Source of the DNA: Nitrosospira multiformis ATCC 25196
GTDB lineage: Bacteria; Pseudomonadota; Gammaproteobacteria; Burkholderiales; Nitrosomonadaceae
DNA: 32,000 bases
Assembly (NCBI RefSeq): GCF_000196355.1
Contig: NC_007614.1
Coordinates: 1,680,001 to 1,712,000 of the forward strand
Direction of reading: 5' to 3'
Part shown: one piece after another, positions 1-7,226 of the stretch
Layout: every line of letters starts with the position of its first letter
Position numbering within the stretch: the first letter of the stretch is position 1
Made by a program: the position numbers and the translations under genes
The notes under the pieces: model-generated
The model's input: the letters and a program-made list of their open reading frames with translations, nothing else
Database searches by the model: none
Told to the model about the DNA's origin: nothing

Positions 1-855
1 TTGTCCGAAGCGACCACTGTTGAAATCATTCATGGCCTGGACAATTTCCTGCTGGCTGTTCATCACGAATGGACCGTGACCAACGATGGGCTCATCGATG
101 GGTTTGCCGCTTAGCAGCAGTACTACAGCGTCATTGTTGGCTTCAATCGAGACGTCTCGACCCGCCCGATCCAACACCACCATCTGCGCCTCGCGAGCAA
201 CTGTTTCGCCATTCACGAGCACGGTCCCATGCAGAACAATCACTGCCACGTTCCATCCTTCGGGAAGTGCCAATTCGCTCATCCCCCCCTGTTTCAACCG
301 CAGGTCCCAGACATGCATTGGCGTGAAGGTTCTGGCTGGACCCGCCTGACCAGCATACTCGCCTGCAATCACGCGAACCGTTCCCGCCTCCTCAGGGAGC
401 GCTACCCTTGGAATATCACGGTCGAGGATAGCTTGATAGCGGGGTGCAGTCATTTTGTTCCTGGCTGGCAGGTTCACCCACAACTGTACCATTTCAAGTA
501 CGCCACCGGATTCAGTGAATGTGGGGGAGTGGAACTCCTCGTGCAAGATACCGCTACCCGCTGTCATCCACTGCACATCCCCTGGACCGATAGTTCCGCC
601 TTGTCCGGTCGAGTCATGGTGCGCCACCTCGCCTTTGTAAACGATAGTGACCGTCTCAAAACCACGATGGGGGTGCTCACCCACACCACGAGGCGTGTCA
701 GCCGGTGAAAAATCGGCTGGCCCTGCATAATCGAGCAACAGGAAAGGACTGAGTTGTTTGCCGTGACCTTGGTACGAGAACATGGAACGCACAGGAAAAC
801 CATCTCCCACCCAATGGGAACGCGGTGCATTGTAGATACCGAGAATTCTTTTCAT
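1..855 (-). CDS. Pirin family protein (3' end runs off the window)
   Basis: Absent from the supplied track because it has no stop inside the window. I checked the reverse-strand frame by hand and all 285 codons from 855 to 1 are open. Translation: MKRILGIYNAPRSHWVGDGFPVRSMF...GVGEHPHRGFETVTIVYKGEVAHHDSTG...GPFVMNSQQEIVQAMNDFNSGRFGQ. It carries the pirin cupin metal motif HPHRGFETVT. AGGAG lies 6 nt upstream of the ATG at 855-853. Confidence 0.85.
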   Translation of the reverse strand, partial: MKRILGIYNAPRSHWVGDGFPVRSMFSYQGHGKQLSPFLLLDYAGPADFSPADTPRGVGEHPHRGFETVTIVYKGEVAHHDSTGQGGTIGPGDVQWMTAGSGILHEEFHSPTFTESGGVLEMVQLWVNLPARNKMTAPRYQAILDRDIPRVALPEEAGTVRVIAGEYAGQAGPARTFTPMHVWDLRLKQGGMSELALPEGWNVAVIVLHGTVLVNGETVAREAQMVVLDRAGRDVSIEANNDAVVLLLSGKPIDEPIVGHGPFVMNSQQEIVQAMNDFNSGRFGQ

Positions 856-920
856 GTCGAACTCCTGCTTAATGGAATGTAGTAAAAGTATAGATTGGAA
901 ACCATCACGTATGTAGACTG

Positions 921-950
921 CTAAAATAGCTAGGAGAGTTCTATTTTTAG
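921..950. promoter_or_regulatory. Interrupted dyad CTAAAATAG-N11-CTATTTTTAG in the pirin/LysR divergent intergenic region; candidate LysR-type operator
   Basis: Read directly. The arms at 921-929 and 941-950 are reverse complements apart from one extra T. The dyad sits 16 nt upstream of the LysR GTG start. Assignment as an LTTR site rests on position only. Confidence 0.3.
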
Positions 951-965
951 GACGATAAGGTTGCA

Positions 966-1871
966 GTGCAAGATTTGAATGATCTTTACTACTACGTCCA
1001 GGCAGTCGATCATGGCGGCTTTGCCCAGGCAGGCCGAGCGCTGGGAATGCCGAAATCGAAGCTCAGCCGTCGCATCGCAACGTTGGAAGAGCGGCTAGGG
1101 GTGCGCCTCATCCAACGTTCATCACGTCGCTTTACAGTGACTGAAGTCGGACAAACCTATTACGAGCACTGCAAAGCGATGCTCGTGGAAGCAGAGGCTG
1201 CTCAGGAAGCAATAGAGGCAATGCAAGCGGAACCTCGGGGTGTCGTCCGTCTAACATGTCCGGTGGCGCTGCTGCATGTGAATGTCGGGGTGATGCTGGC
1301 CGACTTTATGGTGCGTTATCCGCATATCACGCTCCATCTCGAGGCCACCAATCGGCGTGTGGATGTGCTGAGCGAAGCAGTAGATGTAGCCATTCGCGTG
1401 CGACCGCCACCCTTGCAGGATAGTGATCTGGTCATGCGTGTCCTGGCTGATCGGGGACAGTGTCTGGTAGGAAGTCAGGCGCTTGTATGGCACTTCGGTT
1501 TTCCTCGCACCCCCGGCGAGTTGAGCAACTGGCCCAGCCTCGGACTGGGAACGCCTCAACAAATCCATAAATGGGTACTGCACGGGCCGAACGGTGCTCA
1601 GGCAACGCTTCATCACATGCCGCGTTTAATCACCACCGATATGATTACCTTAAGAAATGCGGCATTGGCCGGGGTGGGAATGGTACAACTGCCTGTTCTG
1701 ATGGTACGTGATCATTTGGCAGCAGGTTCGCTGGTCAGGCTGGTGCCTGATTGGACTCCTCACCGGGAAATTGTCCATGCTGTATTTCCATCTCGGCGCG
1801 GCCTTCTGCCATCGGTGCGAACGCTCATTGATTTTCTCGCAGAGCGTTTTCGCTTACTGCATGAGGAGTGA
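966..1871 (+). CDS. LysR-family transcriptional regulator
   Basis: 301 aa with a GTG start. The N-terminal winged HTH (LNDLYYYVQAVDHGGFAQAGRALGMPKSKLSRRIATLEERLGVRLIQRSSRRFTVTEVG) is typical of LTTRs, followed by a C-terminal substrate-binding-type domain. It is divergent from a pirin gene, a common LTTR/pirin pairing. Confidence 0.9.
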   Translation: MQDLNDLYYYVQAVDHGGFAQAGRALGMPKSKLSRRIATLEERLGVRLIQRSSRRFTVTEVGQTYYEHCKAMLVEAEAAQEAIEAMQAEPRGVVRLTCPVALLHVNVGVMLADFMVRYPHITLHLEATNRRVDVLSEAVDVAIRVRPPPLQDSDLVMRVLADRGQCLVGSQALVWHFGFPRTPGELSNWPSLGLGTPQQIHKWVLHGPNGAQATLHHMPRLITTDMITLRNAALAGVGMVQLPVLMVRDHLAAGSLVRLVPDWTPHREIVHAVFPSRRGLLPSVRTLIDFLAERFRLLHEE

Positions 1872-1884
1872 GTGCAATATTCGC

Positions 1885-1910
1885 GGAAAGGGGTTTTCCC
1901 CTCCCTTTCC
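1885..1910. terminator. Imperfect GC-rich hairpin between convergent LysR and dehydrogenase genes
   Basis: GGAAAGGGG-tttt-CCCCTCCCTTTCC. The stem has a CC bulge and there is no clean T tract. Candidate bidirectional terminator only. Confidence 0.3.
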
Positions 1911-1941
1911 CGCATATGCAAGAAGCAGAAGCATAGGGTTC

Positions 1942-3048
1942 TTATAATGCCACCCTGATAATCGGCTTGATGGTAATACCCTTCTCACTATCCTCTGCCG
2001 CTTCATTGATCCTGTCAAGAGGGTAAAACTTCACGAGCTTGTCGAATGGAAAGCGTCCCTGCATGTAAAGCTCGACAAGGGCTGGTATGAAGAGGTCGGG
2101 TATGCTATCGCCTTCGATGATCCCAAGGATGCGTTTGCCGGTGGTCATTACGCCATTCACGTCAAAGCTGACCTCTGTCCCAAGAGCGGGCGCGCCGACA
2201 ATGCCGCAAGTGCCGCGAATGCCCAGCGCATCGATGGCCTGGCGCAATACCTGGGGCCGACCACTGGACTCAAGGGCATATTCTACCCCCCCGCCACTGA
2301 TCTTGCGCACCGTCGCGACGGGATCGGTTTCGCGGCTGTTAACCGTGTGAGTTGCCCCGAGCTCTCTCGCCAGCTCGAGCCGGGATGGAACGACATCCAC
2401 AGCAATAATCGTTGTGGCGCCCGTGACGCGAGCCGCCATTACCGCACTCAGTCCTACCGCTCCCCCGCCAAAAGCCGCAAAACTGGCGCCTGGATTGACT
2501 TTAAGCGCATTTATCACTGCACCGGCGCCAGTTTGAATGCCGCAGCCAAGCGGACCAAGAAGCTCCAGCGGAGCTTCCCTCGGCACCTTGATCGCATTAC
2601 GTTCGTGGGTAAGAGCAAAAGTCCCGAATGACGACTGGCCGAAGAAATGGTCATGAAGCGAACCATGCGCATCGCGGGCGGAGCTGCTGCCGTCTTCCCT
2701 GGCGCCGCCAAAATTCAGTGCATAGAAATTCTGGCAATAGGTTAAATCTCCATGGAGACATGGCCTGCAATGGCCGCACCACATATAGGTCAGCACTACG
2801 TGATCTCCTGCCGTCACTTTTTTCACGTTGCTGCCTACCCGTTCGACAACACCCGCACCTTCATGCCCAAGCACAATCGGTAAGGGGACATCATAGAGCT
2901 GATCACGCGCTACCATGTCGGTATGACACATGCCAGTAGCCGCGATACGAACCAGCACCTCATCTGGGCGTGGCTCATCCAGAATCAAATTCTCGATCCT
3001 GAAAGGCCCACCCTTCTGTCGAATCGTCGCTGCCCGAATCTCCATCAT
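1942..3048 (-). CDS. Zn-dependent NAD(P) alcohol dehydrogenase, aryl-alcohol (benzyl alcohol) dehydrogenase-like
   Basis: 368 aa. Catalytic Zn motif GMCHTD...GHEGAGVV, structural Zn cluster [15 protein letters not shown], and Rossmann motif [13 protein letters not shown]. Overall resemblance to XylB-type aryl-alcohol dehydrogenases. GAGGAGG lies 6 nt upstream of the ATG. Confidence 0.85.
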   Translation of the reverse strand: MMEIRAATIRQKGGPFRIENLILDEPRPDEVLVRIAATGMCHTDMVARDQLYDVPLPIVLGHEGAGVVERVGSNVKKVTAGDHVVLTYMWCGHCRPCLHGDLTYCQNFYALNFGGAREDGSSSARDAHGSLHDHFFGQSSFGTFALTHERNAIKVPREAPLELLGPLGCGIQTGAGAVINALKVNPGASFAAFGGGAVGLSAVMAARVTGATTIIAVDVVPSRLELARELGATHTVNSRETDPVATVRKISGGGVEYALESSGRPQVLRQAIDALGIRGTCGIVGAPALGTEVSFDVNGVMTTGKRILGIIEGDSIPDLFIPALVELYMQGRFPFDKLVKFYPLDRINEAAEDSEKGITIKPIIRVAL

Positions 3049-3106
3049 ATGCAGCCTCCTCTATTTATCTCTCACAAGCCCCGGTTCACTTTCGCATAGA
3101 AGAGCA

Positions 3107-3120
3107 GCAGAAATTTCTGC
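3107..3120. promoter_or_regulatory. Perfect 14-bp palindrome GCAGAAATTTCTGC in divergent intergenic region
   Basis: Read directly. It lies 59 nt upstream of the dehydrogenase start (3048) and 124 nt upstream of the PEP-CTERM gene start (3244). A function as an operator is inferred. Confidence 0.3.
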
Positions 3121-3243
3121 CCATATAAAAAATTACCTTATCCTCAATTTTAGCTATAGAATTAAATTCAAGTGCCACATTCACAAAATGTTTAGCTGAT
3201 GGGTAACTCTCTAACATTAATTAATAAATATAAGGAGCGATAG

Positions 3244-3870
3244 ATGAAAAAGCTTGTTCTGACAACAACTCTCCTGTTAGCCATGCCCGCCTACGCGGGA
3301 CTGAACGGCACCCCGGTCACCCTTCGAACAGTCGTGCAGGATACATCGTCCAGTTCCCCGGTCATCACCTCTCTTGAAAAGACGGTGACAATTGGACCAG
3401 GAATCGAATATCCTCACGTGGCAAACCTCTTCAATGCGGGAGCAGCAACAGAAGCGCCACTTGGATTCGTGCCGAATCTTGTTGATGTTGCTATTGATAT
3501 CGCCAATGACTACATTACCATCGACTTTGCCAATTCAGCCCCTTTCAAACATTTTGGTGCCGGATTTCAAAATACGTATGCTTTTCAGTTTGATCCCGAC
3601 ATCGCAAGAAGCATTACCGCAGCAAAAATTGACAACAGCGTGACAACATTGGGGCTGCAGTCCTCCGACGTACGTCTGGTGGGGAATGAACTGCTTATTA
3701 ATGCCGAGAACCTTCAGTTCAATCCCTCCACTTTTGCCCGCGTGAATCTTGCCATTGAGGAAGGCCCAGTGTCCCCTGCTCCCGAACCCGCTACCTATGC
3801 AATGATGCTCGCCGGGCTTACATTGATCGGGTGGATCGGGACAAGAAGGAGCCGTCGCGAACTATCCTGA
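3244..3870 (+). CDS. PEP-CTERM sorting domain-containing secreted protein
   Basis: 208 aa. N-terminal signal peptide MKKLVLTTTLLLAMPAYA. The C-terminus is PAPEPATYAMMLAGLTLIGWIGTRRSRR, i.e. a PEP motif, a hydrophobic helix and a basic cluster. AAGGAG lies 6 nt upstream of the ATG. Confidence 0.8.
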   Translation: MKKLVLTTTLLLAMPAYAGLNGTPVTLRTVVQDTSSSSPVITSLEKTVTIGPGIEYPHVANLFNAGAATEAPLGFVPNLVDVAIDIANDYITIDFANSAPFKHFGAGFQNTYAFQFDPDIARSITAAKIDNSVTTLGLQSSDVRLVGNELLINAENLQFNPSTFARVNLAIEEGPVSPAPEPATYAMMLAGLTLIGWIGTRRSRRELS

Positions 3871-3928
3871 TCAAGAAGCACCTCCCCTCCCCTCAGTGGA
3901 GGCACCTTCACTGAAAATATACATCCTG

Positions 3929-3953
3929 CTGGCCGATTGAATTTATCGGCCAG
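3929..3953. terminator. Perfect 9-bp stem hairpin between convergent genes
   Basis: CTGGCCGAT-tgaattt-ATCGGCCAG, between the stop of the PEP-CTERM gene (3870) and the stop of the flavoprotein gene (3961). There is no strong T tract on either strand. Confidence 0.45.
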
Positions 3954-3960
3954 TAAAGGG

Positions 3961-5505
3961 TCAGCGAATTCCGGATTTTCCCGGGGCCAGGATACCGTTC
4001 GGGTCCAGCGCCTTCTTTAGCGTCTTGTGGACTTGACGTTGTACCGGACCATACGTTTCCGCCACCTTATCCATAAACGCCGTATTGACCCGGTAGGTCC
4101 CATACCCCTGCGCAGAAAAGACTGTCAGCAGTTCATCGAAACACTGGTATGCCGCCTTGACCTGACCCGGGTCGGTCTTGTCATAGAGCACGTCCACAAT
4201 ATGATGCATGTCACGCATTCCGACGATGAATTCCCCGGAATAATCCAGGCCATACTTGGCAAGGATCTGCTTGGTTAACGCCATCTGTTTCAGCGTCTCG
4301 CTTCCCCTTGCTTGAGACACCGGCGCAAACCACATGGAGCCCCCGCCCCCGCGCCAGTTGTACAACGAGAATTCCTGAAGCGTCATGTCACCGCGCATGA
4401 GAGATGCGCGATATTTAAAGGCAGGATCATCGCCCGCCTCCCGCTCGGTCAGAATCTTCGCTTTGCCGGATCTACCGAATGCTTGCGTCACGATTTTCCA
4501 GTTAAGGTCGATCTGCTCCTGCGTACCATACAATGCTGCATACACATTCCAGATCCCCAAGTGATGATCCTTCGCGAGCTTGCGCACTGCCACATCCGGA
4601 ATAGACCCCGGGCCGGTCACATAGTCACTGCGGCGAGCCTTGACAGGGGCTTCATATAACGCGTGGGCAATGACAACCGCATTTGGGATCACCCCGTTGA
4701 TGCGCAGCGGACGAATGATTTCCACGATCTCCACGATATCTTCCTCATTCTCGTACTGAATGACAAAAGGCTTGAAAGCCGGTGGAGCGGGCATAAGCCA
4801 GAAGCCGAATTTGGTGACGATGCCATAATTGGATTGTGTGAAAATCCCGTCCAGATAGGGTCCGTATCCCCATTTGAAAACCTGCCAGGTATTGGAATTC
4901 GGCATCGACCCCATTCCGGTGCGGAGCACTTCTCCATTTGCCAGGACCACCTCCATACCGCAGGCAAACAGGAAATGTTCTCCGTAAGGGGTATAGCCGA
5001 CTCCACGATCAAGCGTATTGCCAACCGGTCCTGCAATTGCGGAAGGAGCGGGCATGGATAGCCACAGCCCCAGCTTGTGCTCGGCGATATAGTCATAGAG
5101 CTGCTTATAAGTCACTCCCGGCTCAACCAGGGCATAGGCCAGATCTTTATCGACTTCCAGTATGCGGTTCATTCGCTTGAGGTCGAGGACAACCTGTCCG
5201 CGTTCAGCGGGTGCCGCCGAGCCGTAGCCCAGATTTTTTCCGGTGGAAATGGTCCAGATGGGAACCTTGTATCGGTTACATATCCCGACAATTTTCTGAA
5301 TCTCCTCCACCGTCGTCGCCATTAACGCGGCAGATGGAGCGTGGTCCGAATCAGGCACGGGCATCATCGTTTTGATGTAAGGGGCAAGCTGCTGAGCGCT
5401 GGTAAGCACGGCTGCGTCGCCGAGTACGCCGCGAAAATCCGCTATGGCAGCATCGAAAGTCTTTTCGGATATTCCTTTCGGCAATGCGATATATTTATTT
5501 GACAT
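3961..5505 (-). CDS. pchF: 4-cresol dehydrogenase (p-cresol methylhydroxylase)-type flavoprotein subunit, VAO/PCMH family
   Basis: 514 aa. Long collinear resemblance to P. putida PchF as I recall it: PIWTISTGKNLGYGSAAP, SAIAGPVGNTLDRGVGYTPYGEHF, CGMEVVLANGEV, NTWQVFKWGYGP, YNWRGGGGSMWFAPVS. The FKYRA context of the FAD-linking Tyr is conserved. No N-terminal signal peptide. The substrate could equally be 4-ethylphenol or a eugenol-type phenol. Confidence 0.85.
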   Translation of the reverse strand: MSNKYIALPKGISEKTFDAAIADFRGVLGDAAVLTSAQQLAPYIKTMMPVPDSDHAPSAALMATTVEEIQKIVGICNRYKVPIWTISTGKNLGYGSAAPAERGQVVLDLKRMNRILEVDKDLAYALVEPGVTYKQLYDYIAEHKLGLWLSMPAPSAIAGPVGNTLDRGVGYTPYGEHFLFACGMEVVLANGEVLRTGMGSMPNSNTWQVFKWGYGPYLDGIFTQSNYGIVTKFGFWLMPAPPAFKPFVIQYENEEDIVEIVEIIRPLRINGVIPNAVVIAHALYEAPVKARRSDYVTGPGSIPDVAVRKLAKDHHLGIWNVYAALYGTQEQIDLNWKIVTQAFGRSGKAKILTEREAGDDPAFKYRASLMRGDMTLQEFSLYNWRGGGGSMWFAPVSQARGSETLKQMALTKQILAKYGLDYSGEFIVGMRDMHHIVDVLYDKTDPGQVKAAYQCFDELLTVFSAQGYGTYRVNTAFMDKVAETYGPVQRQVHKTLKKALDPNGILAPGKSGIR

Positions 5506-5530
5506 TTTGAGTCCCTTGCTCCTATCCGGG

Positions 5531-6547
5531 TTAGGTCTCTATCACAAATGAGGCGAATCGTTCGATGCGTATATTCCGGCGAGGACGTGTACCGGGCGGT
5601 AGATGATGTACAAATGCGCGCTGGGAGCACGGGATTTGATATGACTGCAAGCCTATCGCGGCAGTCATGGCGGCATATCCCACGGATTCAATCCAGCCGG
5701 TCAATTGCATCTGCGCAGGCTTCGGTCGCGTTGAACCATCGTCCGGTTCGAGCTCCTGTCCTTTGAGGGGCACCCACGTGCCTGCCTTGCTCCAACCCAC
5801 CGATTCACAACCGTCTGCTGCCGAAAGACCGGAACAATGAAGATGAATGTCATCAAATCCATCCAACCGGTAACTGAGGAAGCCCGGTTTAGGCTTATTT
5901 AACCTCCGGGGGTGCGTTCTGGCAGCGAAATTTTCGCTTGAAAGAAAATCCTCTACGATAGAAAAACTGTTATAACCCGGAAGAAGCTTCTCCGCAAGAA
6001 CATCACCCGCGCTGAATTCTGGCGATATAGCGGTCCATACATGCCGAAGCTCGGGAACATCCCGGGAGAAGCTGGAGCCGCCGAAGGCGCCATGACGGGA
6101 AAATGCGTGCGAACCCCGAAGAATCAGTCCTGCCCCGGCATTGCGCATCAATTCCATGAAAACTGCCGCACTGCTATCATCCATGATAGCAATCCAGCGT
6201 ACTCCACGAGCCCCTTCCAGCAGTTTCGCCACTACCTCGTACTCGTTAAGTAATCCGCCTGTCAGTTTTATCACGCGGGGTGGAGAGAACCGGACGTTCC
6301 CAGTCGACTCCGCCAGCCCTGCCTCACTTTCAGCAATTCCGTTTAGTCGTACATTACTGCTGAGAGCGTAAGCAGTGCGCACTCCTGCTGCGAATGCCGC
6401 ATCTGCTGGAGTATTTCCCAGGAGTAATCCGAATTTCCGCACGCTTCCAGCCATTGCACTTGCAAACACCCTTGGAGGAATTCCAAGCGCCAATAGCGTT
6501 CCCCCCGTCACCAGGCCTTTCATGAGATTACGTCTGCGTACGTCCAC
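5531..6547 (-). CDS. Unknown-function protein with twin-arginine (Tat) signal, in the position of pchX between the cytochrome and flavoprotein genes
   Basis: The track ORF (5531..6679) overlaps the cytochrome gene. An in-frame GTG at 6547 is preceded by GAGGAGGG with a 5-nt spacer. That start gives (M)DVRRRNLMKGLVTGGTLLALGIPPRVFASAMA, an RR motif followed by a hydrophobic core and an AxA site. 338 aa with no domain I recognise. Gaps are 28 nt after the cytochrome stop and 25 nt before the flavoprotein start. Confidence 0.7.
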   Translation of the reverse strand: MDVRRRNLMKGLVTGGTLLALGIPPRVFASAMAGSVRKFGLLLGNTPADAAFAAGVRTAYALSSNVRLNGIAESEAGLAESTGNVRFSPPRVIKLTGGLLNEYEVVAKLLEGARGVRWIAIMDDSSAAVFMELMRNAGAGLILRGSHAFSRHGAFGGSSFSRDVPELRHVWTAISPEFSAGDVLAEKLLPGYNSFSIVEDFLSSENFAARTHPRRLNKPKPGFLSYRLDGFDDIHLHCSGLSAADGCESVGWSKAGTWVPLKGQELEPDDGSTRPKPAQMQLTGWIESVGYAAMTAAIGLQSYQIPCSQRAFVHHLPPGTRPRRNIRIERFASFVIET

Positions 6548-6575
6548 GGTTTCCCTCCTCAGCCCACCTTGCCGA

Positions 6576-6902
6576 TCAATTGCGCTGGATATATTCGGCC
6601 AATTTCGCCAGCGACTCATCGTCGATTTCCGACGACCGGAATGGAGGCATAGCCCTGTTTCCGTTCCGTACGATGGCACGAATATACTCCGGCGGAAGTT
6701 CTCGTCCGAAAAGGCGAGGTCCTACCTGACCTTCATGGCAATAACTACAAACCTTGGAATAGACTTCTGCACCATCTCTCCACCGGAACCCCTTGTCAGC
6801 GTTGATTTCCGCACTCGCGCGCCCGATATCCGCCATTATCGCCGCGACTGACATTGAGAGCATAAGCGCAGTCACAGTCCTCACGGATTTTGTCTTTCTC
6901 AT
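6576..6902 (-). CDS. pchC: c-type cytochrome subunit of the flavocytochrome (PchC-like)
   Basis: 108 aa. Sec-type signal peptide ending ASA|E. Single heme motif CSYCH. The C-terminal half (IVRNGNRAMPPF...DDESLAKLAEYI) resembles the P. putida PchC cytochrome subunit. Confidence 0.8.
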   Translation of the reverse strand: MRKTKSVRTVTALMLSMSVAAIMADIGRASAEINADKGFRWRDGAEVYSKVCSYCHEGQVGPRLFGRELPPEYIRAIVRNGNRAMPPFRSSEIDDESLAKLAEYIQRN

Positions 6903-7226
6903 ATTATTCCTCCAGGCAAAATCTTAGCCGAAAAGACATTTCATTGGTTTATCCGTAGATTACAGATAAACCTTTACATTTGCGTGTATAAAATGCGGTT
7001 CCATCCTCAGTTTTATTATAGGCGCATCACTCTCTTCTGCACTGGCTTTAAGTTGGGGAAACACTATAACAAACGTCCATGACACTAGAAAACGATTCAA
7101 TGATTAAGGCTGAGTTTACTTGATAACTTGCATTTCCTGGCGTATCCCGCACTGGCAGAGGGTTTTGCAAGCCTGGAAAGGTAAAAAGCGACGGACAGCC
7201 AACTGGAAAAATGCCAGGCGTCAAAC

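Noticed and set aside
5531-6679. Long 382-aa version of the middle ORF of the flavocytochrome operon
   Set aside because: It would overlap the cytochrome c gene by about 100 nt. An in-frame GTG at 6547 with a GAGGAGGG RBS gives a clean Tat signal and a 28-nt intergenic gap instead.
7153-7169. Sigma-54-like TGGCA-N-TTGCA motif near the flavocytochrome operon
   Set aside because: The GG-to-GC spacing is one nt too long. The motif is also on the plus strand, pointing into the 3' end of the autotransporter gene rather than toward the minus-strand operon.
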